The notes: a model not told the origin generated them from the letters alone. A stretch of DNA of 64,000 nt from Chiloscyllium plagiosum (GCF_004010195.1 NC_057737.1:18624930-18688929), one strand, 5' to 3'. Shown: positions 25,101 to 36,256, numbered from the stretch's first letter. Numbers and translations are program-made.

Positions 25101-27921
25101 GATATCATTTGACACAAATACTATTTATCCGCCTGAAATGCGATATTCAGAGATTTTGGTACGTCCAATACTTTTTGCAGAGTGTCAAGAATTATGAGTG
25201 AGTTGGAGAGGCCTTTATCTGTCACTTCATGTTCAGAACTGCAAAATGACATGGTCAGAGGTGATTTACTGACAACATTGCTTTTTTTTGTACTTTGCAT
25301 TATTTGTCTTAAATTTTCAAACTGATTCCAGAGCAACCTTGCCTTCCTTTTAGTATTTAATTTAGTTTAGAAAAAAAAAGAAAGTTTGCCAATAACTTTG
25401 TATTGAAAATTAAATCTAAGTTCTAAGTAAACCTCCCTCAGCATAAATTGTAGATATTATTTCTGAACATAACGGTAATCTGCATTTTCATAAAAGTTTT
25501 CAGTATTATCTTGTCACAATGTGCTTTTAAAGGCTAAGTGGTAGTAGAAGAGCTAGGAGAGGTGACCAAGGGATTGCCCAAGTTGCATATTTTAAGGTAT
25601 CAATGTAGAGGTTTTGTAAAAGAGAATTCTGGAGTTTGGAGTTTAGGTGATTGGAGATTGTGCAACTGAAGATGGAGCAGGAGGGCAGGAAAAGCAAAGG
25701 CCGGAGTCAACAGAATAGAGACCATGTAATATTAGAAAGGGATAAGTCTGGAAAAATTAATGAATGAATGAGGATTTTTATGCCATTGTGTGGGACAGAA
25801 GCCATTAGAGACCGTTAAGAACAGGGATGATTGAGGAGTGTAATATAATAACGGGCAAAATGTGATTAACTTGTTTTAGATTGGTAAACATCAAACTGCA
25901 GTGGATACGTCCAGTAGAACTAGCTTTCTATATTTTGTATAGTTATGTTATCCTTCTAATTTCCTAATTTGTATCTGTTAATGAATGGATGAGAAGTTGG
26001 GTGCCACATTTGCCTCTCGAACTCCAAGATAGCATCTGTAGTATTCCCAAATGCGTGAGGTGAATTGCACCAGTTGCCATATTTGTGCAAGCATTAGTAT
26101 GCACATAAAACTGAAAAGAACTGCAGATGCTGTGAATCAGAAGCAAAAACAGAAGTTGCCAGAAAAGCTCAGCAGGTCTGGCAGTACCTGTGCAGAGAAA
26201 TCACAGTTAACATTTCGGGTCTGGTGACCCTTACTCAGAATGTATGCACATGTTAAATGTATGCTGTAAACATGGGGAACAGCTAGACCATGTGGTTGGT
26301 TAGCATTTAATGCAGTACCAAACATTTTACAATTTAATATAAAGGTCCAATGCCTCTGCTCCCCTTCACTCAGACGGTGGTGAGTCTTTGGAATTCTCTG
26401 CCCCAAAAGGCTATAAAGGCACAGTAACTGAGTTTGTTCAGTACTGAGATTGGTAGTTTTCTATGCATTAAATGCGTTAAAGGATTGTGCAGCAAAATAG
26501 TGTTAAAGTTGATTAGCCATGATCTTATTGAATGGCAGAACAAATTTGAGGGGCTGAATGGCCTACTGTTGCTCCTATTTCTTATATTACTGTGTTCCAA
26601 AAAAAAACAAAATCCACTTTAAAGTATGATTCATTGCTTTGAGATATCTTAAGACCTAGAAAGATGGTACATAAATACAAACTTTCTTTGTGAAATTTCT
26701 GATCTTAGAGGTTCAATTCAATTAAATAGGCAATTTACAATATCAATTATGATACTCTGAGTAAGACAATAAGTTCTTTATATTAACTTTGAATGAATTT
26801 GTTTGTTTAACAAATTAAATGAAGTTGCATTGTACAAATAGTAGATTACATCACTGAGAGTAGTTTGATTCCTATGTTGTTTTTTTCAAAGTTTTAAATG
26901 TTTAAAATTGTTGTTAGGTGACCACTGTTTTCTGTCATTGCAAATAATCACCTTAACAATAAACTGGGAGAAAAAGCATTTACTGCTACATTTTCTGTTT
27001 ATAACTTTAGACCAGTGGCCCTGAAATGCTTGAGCAGTTTCCTGACAGAGTGCTTTTTCTGGCCTGGCCGGACATAGACGGTAAGAAAGGAAGGTCTTTA
27101 TACTCCTACTCTAGGGGGAGTTTTCTTTGAAAGAAGTTATTATTCCTTACCAATGGTGTGCTGAGAAAAATGACATTATCTTTTATACAACGTTCAAAAC
27201 TTTCAAGTGAAGTTTGGCTGGTACATTCCTAAAATTCATATCAGTTAACTGATGAAAGCTTGATTGAAGTTCAAAGATTACAAAGTAGCAAGATGAAAAT
27301 TCTTTGCACCAACATATTCATTTACTAATCTTGTTTAGCAGAGATTCTATTTTTTTTGTTGAACAGTTTCTTGTTTCATTTTAACTGCAGAAGACGATCT
27401 GAAAGGAAGAGATGTGATGTATTTAATGCATTCAGTTGCATTGCTTTAAACATTTCGTATTTTATCAATTTATTAAAGAAAGAATGCAACTGCCTGTATT
27501 CTGGATAGAAAATAACATTAACAGTTGTAAATAGCTACAGTGGTTAAAGGTCATGATCTCATTTGTCAACACAGGAAATTTTTCTGCATTTTTAATGATC
27601 ATTCGATAATGTTGTTTATGTTCTGCAGAGTCTTCAACATTTTCTCTTGATTGCTTAAGCTATTTCAGAGGAGATATCATCCTTCATGTTGGGGAGTTAC
27701 TGGGTGAAACACTGTCAGCCAATCACTGGGGACAGTCAACGTCTCGCAACTTCCAGCTGGCACTTGCAGAAGATTTCTGCTGCCTGAGCAGAGTTAAACT
27801 CCCAAACTGGCCAGGCCACTTAGACTCCTTAACCATGTGGAAAAGAAAGAATCCTCAATCAGTTGTGTGTGATGGAGCAAATTTTCATTATGTCAATCCT
27901 AAGTACAGAATGTATTTATAA
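21855..27921 (+). CDS. Uncharacterised class I SAM-dependent methyltransferase-like protein, 255 aa. join(21855..22154,25054..25158,27011..27080,27629..27921)
   Basis: The 768-nt spliced frame is open to TAA. Protein: MESDGSEEIQWQTVEQRKCGGKNLYYKMYCVKMEQFPADIHRFCDPELQHGRRRELVYLLRNVDELSCQKLQILFSFSVPNIEAIRFIVDLNQPIVSAGA|GTGYWEYLLQSQGVDLISFDTNTIYPPEMRYSEIL|TSGPEMLEQFPDRVLFLAWPDID|ESSTFSLDCLSYFRGDIILHVGELLGETLSANHWGQSTSRNFQLALAEDFCCLSRVKLPNWPGHLDSLTMWKRKNPQSVVCDGANFHYVNPKYRMYL. It has a GxGxG motif I (SAGAGTG), an acidic residue ending beta2 (LISFD) and seven-stranded Rossmann-like spacing. Confidence 0.85.
22400..24040 (-). mobile_element. Cluster of nested CR1 fragments in methyltransferase intron 1 (youngest 22750-23628)
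   Basis: ORF remnant LHFGKANQG...VKKAFGMLAFIGQSMEYRSWEVMLRLYSALVRPPLEYC. Confidence 0.85.
25054..25158 (+). CDS. Methyltransferase-like gene exon 2 (GTGYWEYLL...YSEIL)
   Basis: Polypyrimidine tract + tAG acceptor, 105 nt phase 0-0, donor TTG|GTACGT. Confidence 0.88.
26117..26240 (-). mobile_element. Penelope-terminus fragment
   Basis: Matches the 6176 family (GAACTGCAGATGCTG...AAAAGCTCAGCAGGTCTGGCAG). Confidence 0.7.
26360..26600 (+). mobile_element. CR1 3' end fragment
   Basis: GTGAGTCTTTGGAATTCTCTGCCCCA...GGGCTGAATGGCCTACT, CR1 3' UTR. Confidence 0.7.
27011..27080 (+). CDS. Methyltransferase-like gene exon 3 (TSGPEMLEQFPDRVLFLAWPDID)
   Basis: Acceptor actttAG, 70 nt phase 0-1, donor G|GTAAGA. 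Confidence 0.88.
27629..27921 (+). CDS. Methyltransferase-like gene exon 4 (terminal)
   Basis: Acceptor ttctgcAG, phase 1, open for 96 further codons to TAA 27919-27921; motifs GDIILHVGE, WGQSTS, LPNWPGHLDSLTMWKR. Confidence 0.88.
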
Positions 27922-28442
27922 TGATTAGATAATATTGACCATAAGTCAGTGACGGGTGTATTTCATTTAAATGTTGTCAGTTTACGTTAAAGCAGCTGGA
28001 TATATAAGTTTTTTTAAAGTCTTGCTGAAAAGCAAAATGTAAATTGAAGTTGGAAAGCTAAAATGCTTGTGGTACTGAGAACACATCTACTCATGGTTGA
28101 TGTGCTGTGCGCCTCACAATCAATTGCCCTTCTGTGGTTCATTTCCCAGAGCCCACCAATTTGTTATGGTTGTCTGATTTCATAATCTGAAAGTCTGATG
28201 AGTCTCTCCTGCTGACCAGATTTCAAACTTTAAAACAAGTGATTCCACAGGGATTACTTGAGACAAAGAGATGGAAGCATTTTTGTAACTTTTATTTGAG
28301 TATTTCAACAGCCCAAGTTATTGTGATGAGATGTTAAACCAGTTACAGTACACAGATTGTTGTTCTACGATAGAATGTAGTACAAGTATACCCATAGATT
28401 TCCTTTGCAGGCCCTCCCACTGTGCTCTTTTGATGTGTTGCT

Positions 28443-28590
28443 TTACTCCTGAATGCGACGGAGTGACTGAATCTGGAAAGTCTGAGCATGGGATCCCCAC
28501 TCTCTCCAATGCTTGTACTCTCCAGCATGGCGATCACATTCCATGATGTACTGGAAGCCACGGTAGCCTGGGTACTGGTAGCACACCCAT
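28443..28590 (-). CDS. cryba1: cryba1-like last exon (Greek key 4)
   Basis: Acceptor ctgccccAG, TAA at 28445-28443; AATAAA on the minus strand at 28291-28296. Confidence 0.95.
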
Positions 28591-31500
28591 CTGGGGCAGA
28601 AAAACAGCATTCTTTACTTAAGTGAACTTCAAATTTACGTTAAATCGCCTTAAACGTGAACCAGTGCATATAGTTGCAGATGCAATTACGTGTGAGATCA
28701 TGTAAGACTGGATGACGAGAGTTCCGTGACTACGGAAGGAACAGCTCAAACAACCCTCTTTGGTTATTTTTCAACTAGCTAAAATTGATCAACCAAGTTA
28801 TTTTCTTCAGGCCTAAGGTAAAACGTTATTTTAGATATAACAAACCCGACAAGATCTTCAAGTTGCTAAGGTGTACAAGATTGTACTGAATCCAGTGAAG
28901 TATTCCTCCTTAAGTTCCAATAAACAATCTTTACTGAAAACACTGTACATGAATAGGAAGGGAAATAGGATTAAATTAATTTAGGATATCTGGTTGGCAT
29001 GGACAAGTTGGACCAAAGGGTCTGTTTCTGTGTTGTACGACGAAATGACACTACTCACGCGCCAGCTTGAACCTTCATGGATCCAACTTCATTGTTGCAC
29101 CATCCCATGGCTTGCAAAGAGGGGTAGTCATCACACATCTCCCACTGTCTTCCAATGAAGTTTTCCTTCTCAAAAATGACAATTTTGGACTCTTTATGGT
29201 GCTAAAGGAAAATGATATATATTTTGAGTACACTTGAATTGCTGAGTTATTGTTACCAGTGAACAAAACAATGTCAGCATTTAAGAAGTACTGAGTGTAT
29301 ATCTCTGTAATTCAGTATTTTATATTTGTCACAAAGGATGTAAAAGTTAAATTTCTATACCTTTCCTTGCAGCATCTTATTTTACTCCTGAGAATAAAGT
29401 TGCTATTCATGTTCCCCTTTATATTCAATTATATCTTCTGGAGCATGCTGACTGCATCTAAATCCAGCCTTGTTATAGACTGACAGATGCATCATTAAAC
29501 TTTACCATAGTTACCAAGGACTTCAGTTAGAGAAGTACATTTCAGCACCGTTCATTTCTTTTATTGTGTTTCAACACCAGGTATTAATGACATTATTCGA
29601 CCAATATTCGCAAATTAGTATCCCCGTCTCTGTGTTTGTGATCATAAAGGCATCCAGGGGCTTGAACTTTATGAATAGAGGCACAGCTTATAAAAGCAAG
29701 GAAGTTATGAACCTTAATAAAACCAGTAGTTTGTAGTCAGCTGGAGCACAATGAAAGATTGGAGAAGTTGGGGTTGGAGAAGAGAAGGTTAAGAGGAGAT
29801 TTGGTAGAAGTGTCCAAAATCTAGACAGAGTTGATAGAAAGAAACTTTTTCCGTCTGAGATGTTGTTCAAGAACCTGAAGATACTCAAGGTGTGTGGAAA
29901 AAAGATGCAACAGGAACATGAGAAAGAACTATTTTAATGCATTGAGTGGTTTAGATCTTAAACACAGTGTGTGTGAATATGCTGGTGGATGGTCCAATTC
30001 TGGCTTTGGAAAGGAAATTGGATAAACACGTTTTTGAAGAGAAAAGAATTGCTGAGCCAGAGGATAAATTGGGAGATTGGGTCTAACAGTGATGGTGTTG
30101 CAGTGAACCATATACCCATGATGGGCTGAATGGCTTATTTCTATAATCATTGTATTATTCCAAGATAATACAATTTTAAAAAGCTGGCAGAATGATGCAG
30201 GTCAAAAATGTAACCATGTGATGTTATATTTAATGAGTAACATTGCAATATGTTACCCTGTCAGTTATGTTATCATCAAGCCCTATAGATACTGAATAGT
30301 GAACTGACTTACAGCAGAACAAATGGGGCGGAAGGACATGAGTCTTTCAGTGTGGTACGCATTGCTGCCACTCCAGGCATCCCAGCGAGGGTATTCTCCT
30401 TTCTCCAGGATAAATTGTTGTCCAAAAAAGCTGGAATGCTCATAACCAGCCCAGCTACAAGAAAAAAGAAATTGCTTTCATTCAGGTTTTTGAAAATAGG
30501 CACATTTACGCTTGTGTTAAAATTGAGATAGGCTGAATGGCCTGCTTCTGTGTTGTCAGGATTCTATGGAAAAGAAAACACAAATAGTTTCCAACTTATT
30601 ATCTCTTAGTAATAATTTGCTGCTTTAATAGAGCACCAACACAACAGTGCAGTAACTCGCCTGAATTGTTTCGAAATTTTAAGTTTGAAATATAACTTCA
30701 ATTGTATTAATCTCTGTAGTAATAGTTAAAGAAAGATCTTTAAACTATCTAAAACTGACAGGGGTCTCCTTGAGGAGCAGAATAATTTGTTTCTATGAAA
30801 AATGAGATAAAAAGAGTTGAATTTACATCCGAGAGTGCTTGAATTTCCAATGGTTTCTGCCATGCAGAGTGAGAGTTTTCAGACTGGCGCAGTCTGAAAA
30901 CATTCCCAATTGAGCCCTGCAGCAGTAGAGCTATGACTGGCCCACTGATGTGGCAGTAATTATATCAATTAAAAATATGATACGCCTCAATCTTCTTGAT
31001 CTTTTACTTCCGTCCATCACATTCTGTATTTCAATGGATATCCACCCTTCAAACAGGCTCCACGCCTGACTCTCAAATGTAGTATCCACTGGTTGCACCT
31101 ATTTGAAAGTGGGAGGGATTCCCAACATTGCGGTCACATTTTTCAGCAAGGCAGAAACAAAGTCATTTTTCTGTTTTTTTAATCATAATTTTTGAATAAT
31201 TAAAAGAAAGAAAACTTCACTGAGGCTTGATATGTACTTTCTGGATTAATGCATTCTTACACAGCGCAGCTTCTCCAATTGGAACTTCTGAACCCATTGA
31301 CTTTAATGTGCTTAAATAGTAATTCAATTAGTTCAAATATCCTGGTGTGGATTTTGTATTACCTTGGGTCCCAATTGTTTCAATGTTTTATGGCCATTTT
31401 AAGTTTGGACGTAGTGTAATGACATTGGAAGAATACTTGGGGATAACCTAACAAAATAGACACACTAATGGATAAATTTACAGGTGTAACTTGTAATTTG

Positions 31501-32714
31501 TGCCTAAGGAGGAAATTCTAGGCTATACTGTCCAGAGGTCAAGTGACTTGACAGGCTAGCATTAACTCAATGAATTCTTTTAACAAAGAAAAACAGAATT
31601 CTCTGGAAAAACTCAGCAGGTGTGGTGGCTTCTGTGGAGAGAAAAGAGTTAATGTTTCAAGTCCAGTGACCCTTTGGATTTGAAATGTTAACTCTGTTTT
31701 CTCTCCACAGACCTTGCCAGACCTGCTGAGTTTCTGTAGCAATTGCTGTTCTTGTGTTTCAGATATCCACATCTGCAATTGTTAGTTTTGTTTGCATTTA
31801 TTTTTGCAGCAATAAAGTCAATTTTAGACTCTATCACATGCATGTACCTTTATGAGATATACATGCATTCATGTATAAATGTGTGTTACACAGACTTGTT
31901 TGAAAATCTGATGTTCTTCATGCAGAAGGTGAACAAAAGTTGAGGGAAACATTAAAATTTGGGATTCCTGACATCCATCTGTACCCCACACTTGGACTCA
32001 CTGGGGCTATATTGTCATTTGATCATTGCAAATTGGCATGAAACACCAGCTCAAGGGGTCTTCCTCTTACTCTGCCCCCACCTCAGGTTTACAATGTCGC
32101 TGCTGTTTGAAAACTGCTTCAGAACAAAAATAGACGTGTAATTGAACCCTCAATTAATTGATACTAATTTTAGATCAATAATACGTATGAAGTTGATCTA
32201 ATTCTCTATAACATCAGTGTCTAACCAAATTCTCTTGAGCAAATGAACAACTGCTTGTAAAAAATGTGTGTAAAGGTAAAAATAAAATGCATTTCTGTAA
32301 ACTGGTTAGTATGGTTTGCAAATGACAATGGATTTTAAAAGCCGATGATTCCATTTTAAGCAAGATTGATAAAATTGCATCAGAATATGTTTGACAGTAA
32401 CGGGTAGGGCTTCATTGTTTTGTTGTAAAAATATGTAAAGGCTGTTGACTCACGCTCCGCAATCAACTTTGATGGATCGAACATTGTCAAAACCACAATC
32501 CATTATATTCTTGCAGGAAGCAGTGAATTCCATCCTCTTGCCCTGGAAATTTTCTTGATCATAAGCAGTAATCTGCAGCAAGATAATTATTATTACTCTT
32601 TTCATGAAATTCAGTGAAAAGAGCACTAATCAAAACAGGTGTTTCAATTCTGACTAAATATTCTAGAAAAATAAACGGCACCTTGAAAACTCCTGCAGGG
32701 TTTATTTGCGCCAT
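28443..32714 (-). CDS. cryba1: Beta-crystallin A1-type (cryba1/cryba1b-like), 194 aa. complement(join(28443..28590,29059..29201,30313..30454,32454..32572,32682..32714))
   Basis: [11 protein letters not shown]|[40 protein letters not shown]|[47 protein letters not shown]|[48 protein letters not shown]|[48 protein letters not shown]. One Greek key per exon, as in beta-crystallins, and very close to CRYBA1. The exact paralog needs a tree. Confidence 0.95.
29059..29201 (-). CDS. cryba1: cryba1-like exon 5 (Greek key 3)
   Basis: 143 nt, tttAG / GTgagt. Confidence 0.95.
29640..30150 (+). mobile_element. Degenerate CR1 3' fragment in cryba1 intron 4
   Basis: AATAGAGGCACAGCTTATAAAAGCAAGGAAGTTATG...GGGCTGAATGGC. 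Confidence 0.6.
30313..30454 (-). CDS. cryba1: cryba1-like exon 4 (Greek key 2)
   Basis: 142 nt, ttgtAG / GTaagt. Confidence 0.95.
31585..31790. mobile_element. Penelope-derived hairpin in cryba1 intron 3
   Basis: Arms AAACTCAGCAGG...GAGTTAATGTTTCAA / TTGAAATGTTAACTC...CCTGCTGAGTTT. Confidence 0.75.
32454..32572 (-). CDS. cryba1: cryba1-like exon 3 (Greek key 1)
   Basis: 119 nt, ctgcAG / GTgagt. Confidence 0.95.
32682..32714 (-). CDS. cryba1: cryba1-like exon 2 coding part ([11 protein letters not shown])
   Basis: Exon 32682-32739, acceptor T9cAG, Kozak agcATGG, donor AAG|GTgccg. Confidence 0.85.
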
Positions 32715-32961
32715 GCTTATAGCTTGGGAGTTTCTTATCCTGAAAAAAAAAGTCAAATGGCATCATTTCTCTTCACAAGGCAACAGCTTGTAGAAATGTA
32801 TCAATATTTAATGCATTAAAATCTTGGCTAATTCTAGTGTAATATTCCATTATATGTGGCTGAATTGATGCTGCGGAGAAAATCACAAAGCAGGTGAACA
32901 ATAAATAAATTGAGACAAAACAAAGGAATTTAAAATTAAAAGCAAGAAACACTCAACTTAC

Positions 32962-33131
32962 CAGAGCCGAGCTGTATGGGGTAGGTTCCAAAAATGATTG
33001 AGTTGGGTTTCATCTCTCCTATTTATAGTCAAACATTGAATAGAAAGTGAGAAGTGAGCGAGTCAGATTCGTGGTCCAGTGAGCAGCAGATATGAATGCC
33101 AACATCTCATTGTTTGTGGCTGATCCCATGG
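32962..33131 (-). promoter_or_regulatory. cryba1-like promoter and non-coding exon 1
   Basis: TATAAATA at 33027-33020, inferred start near 32995, donor CTG|GTAAGT at 32961. Upstream are CTGACTC (33066-33060) and the Sox site CATTGTT (33108-33114). Confidence 0.7.
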
Positions 33132-33756
33132 ATTTCTGTTTCAACCCTATGCTGGGGCAGGAGCAAAAAGATTAAAATCTGCATGTCTGATTTTTGCATG
33201 AATAACCTTTAAATAAAAATGTATTGTAAAAATATGTTTAATATAATTTGTTAACAGAAAATAACTAAGAACAGAACATGGTTGATTTGAACACTGACTT
33301 TGAAATCATACACTGGCATGCTAGCAAGTTATTGCTAATATTTGTTTCAAAATCTGCTCATGAGTTCTTGTTGCTGGTAAAATGGAGCCAGAAGTATAAC
33401 TATCAAATATGGGTTGGCTTTTGACTGTTATCCCATGGCTTATGTATTTAAAAAGATGTACCACTTAAATAATTAGTTGCTTGGATTTTTATTGAATAGC
33501 TAAAGCAGTTCTTACATACAATTATATATATTTAGAATATTCACACGCGTAAAGTCTTATCCTTGGCCAACATGTTTTGAGACCGTAGACGATTAATTTG
33601 CACTAGTCAGTTTCTAAAATCCCATGTTATTAGAGTTACTCAGAAGGTGTAAAATTAGGATGTTCAACTCCTCAAGTTATCATTGTTATAAAAATTAAAA
33701 TGTTACAACTTTTATAAGCATTGATTAGTTAAAACAAAATGTTTCAATTAAAATAG

Positions 33757-35915
33757 ACCATAAGACTAGAAGACATAGGAGCAGAAATTAGGCCATTCAG
33801 CCCATTGACTCTGCTCCACCATTCAGTCAAGGCTGATAAGTTTCTGAACTCCATTCTCCTGCTTTATCCCTGTAACCCTTGAAGCTCTTGATACTCATGA
33901 ATCTATCTATCTATCTCAAATATATTCAATGACCTGGACTCCAAAGCCTTCTGTGGCAATGAATTCCATGGATTCACCACTCTCTGGCTGAAGATGTTTC
34001 TCCTTATCTCTTCTAAAAAGGTATTCCCTTTATTCTAAGGCTATGCCCCTCGGGTCCAAGTCTCTCCTACCAATGGAAACATCTTCCCAACATCTACTCT
34101 GTCCAGACCATTCTGTGTGTTTCAAATAGATCCCCCCAATCCTTCTAAACTCAATTGAGTATAGATCCAGAGTTCTCAAATGTTCCTTCGACTTTAGGCT
34201 TTTCACTCCTGGGACCATTCTCGTGAAACTCTTCTGAACATGTTCCAGGGTCAATGCATCCTTCCTGAGATATTGGGCCCAAAACTACACACAATATTCC
34301 AAATGTGGTCAGACCAGAGCTTCAGAAGCACATTCCTGCTTTTGTATTCAAGTCCTCTCAAAATAAAGCCATCATTGCATTTGCCTTCCCAACTACTGAC
34401 TCAACCTGCAGGTTTACCTTGAGAGAATCCTGGACTAGAACTCCCAAGTCTCTTTGCACTTTTGACTTCTGAATTTTCTCCCCATTTAGAAAGTAGTCCA
34501 TACCAAAGTGCATGACCTCACACTTGCCCACGTTGTCCTCTACCTGCTAATGCTTTGCCCATTCTCCTAACCTGTTCAAATCCTTCTGCAGCTTCCCTGC
34601 CTCTTCAATGCTACCTGTCCCTCTACCTATCTATGTATCATCTGCAAACTCTGCCAGAATGCCCTTAATTCCTTCATCTAGATCATTAATGTATAAAGTG
34701 AAAAGTTGTGGTCCCAGCACTGAGCCTGGTGGAACACCACTTGTTACAGGCTGCCATCCTGAGAAAGACCTTATTAATCCCACTTTCTGCTTTCTGCCAG
34801 ACAGTCAAGCTTCTATCGATGCTAGTACTCTGCCTCTGACACCCTAGGCCCTTATCTTGCTCAATAGCCTCCTGTCCAACACCTTGTCAAAGGTTTCTTG
34901 AAGTCCAGGTAGACAGCATCCACTGGGTCTCCTTGGTCTCACCTGCTTGTTACTTCCTCAAGGAATTCTAACAGATTCATCTGACATGACCTCCCCTTGA
35001 AGAAACCATGCAAACTCTGCCCTATTTTACCACACACTTCTAAGTATTCAGAAATCTCGTCCTTCACAATGGATTCCAAGATTTTATCCATGACCAAGGT
35101 TACATTAATTGGCCTGTAATTTTCCATCTTTTGCCTTGCTCCCTTTTTAAACAGTGGTGTCATGTTAACAATTTTCCAGTCCTCTGTGACCCTCCCTGAT
35201 TCTAGCAATTCCTGAAAGACCACTTCCACTATTTCTTCAGCTACCTCCCTTAGAACTCTGAGATGTAGTCCATCTACTCCAGGGATTTATCCGCCTTCAG
35301 GCCATTCATTTTTTCTAGCACCTTGTCCTTGGCGATGGCCATCATATTCAGCTCTGCCCCTTCACTCTCTTAAAGTTTTGGGATATTACTTGTATCTTCC
35401 ATTGTGAAGACTGACGCAAAGGAATTATTCAGTTTCTCAGCTATTTTCTTGTTCCCCACTACTATTTTCTCCAGCATCATTTTCCAGTAGCCCAATGTCT
35501 ACTTTTGCTTCTCTTCTGCCTTTTATATATCTAAAGAATCTCTAACAGTCTTCCTTTATATTACTAGCTAGCTTATCCCTCTTCATTTGTTTTTTTGTTG
35601 CCCTCTGTTGGTCTTTGTTGGCTTCCCAATCCTCTAGTTTCCCACTGTCCTTCACCACATTATATACATTTTCTTTTGCTTTTATGCTATCCCTGACTTC
35701 CCTAATAAGCCAGGGTTGTCTCATCCTCCCTGTACCATACTTCTTTTTCCTCAGGATGAATCTCTGCCTTGTCTCCTGAATTATCCCAGAAACTCCTGAC
35801 ATTACTGTTCCACTGTCTTTCCTGCTAGGATGCTCACCCAGTCAAATCTACCCAGCTCCTCCCTCATGCCTCTGCAGTTGCCTTTATTCAGATATAATAC
35901 CATTACCTCTGATTC
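33757..35915 (-). mobile_element. CR1 LINE, ~2.1 kb, with internal deletions
   Basis: RT N-terminal remnant EDWKIVNMTPLFKKGARQKMENYRPI...HGFFKGRSCQMNLLEFLEEVT. Confidence 0.92.
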
Positions 35916-36029
35916 TACCTCGGAAATAAACAGTAATGGGCTGAATTTTGTGGTAAACATTATGGTGAGACTATCAACATTCCCTGTTATTAAACTGGAC
36001 AGCACCTTGCAGTACCTCACATGTAGTTA

Positions 36030-36256
36030 AGATTAGATTAGATTACATTACAGTGTGGAAACAGGCCCTTCGGCCCAACAAGTCCACACCGACCCGCCGA
36101 AGCGAAACCCACCCATACCCCTACATTTACCCCTTACCTAACACTACGGGCAATTTAGTATAGCGTGCAAACTCCACACAGTCAGTCGCCTGAGGCGGGA
36201 ACTGAACCCGGGTCTCTGGCACTGTGAGGCAGCAGTGCTAACCACTGGGCCACCGT
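36030..36256 (-). mobile_element. HE1 SINE with central deletion
   Basis: Reverse complement of the 10213 copy, (GATTA)n tail. Confidence 0.9.

Noticed and set aside
28318-28561. ORF-track peptides overlapping crystallin exons (also 29075, 30309, 45398, 46200)
   Set aside because: Wrong frame or antisense shadows of the real crystallin exons.
32962-33013. ATG-initiated 17-codon exon as a betaA3-type N-terminal extension
   Set aside because: The ATG is too close to the TATA box to be transcribed, and splicing gives an immediate TAA.
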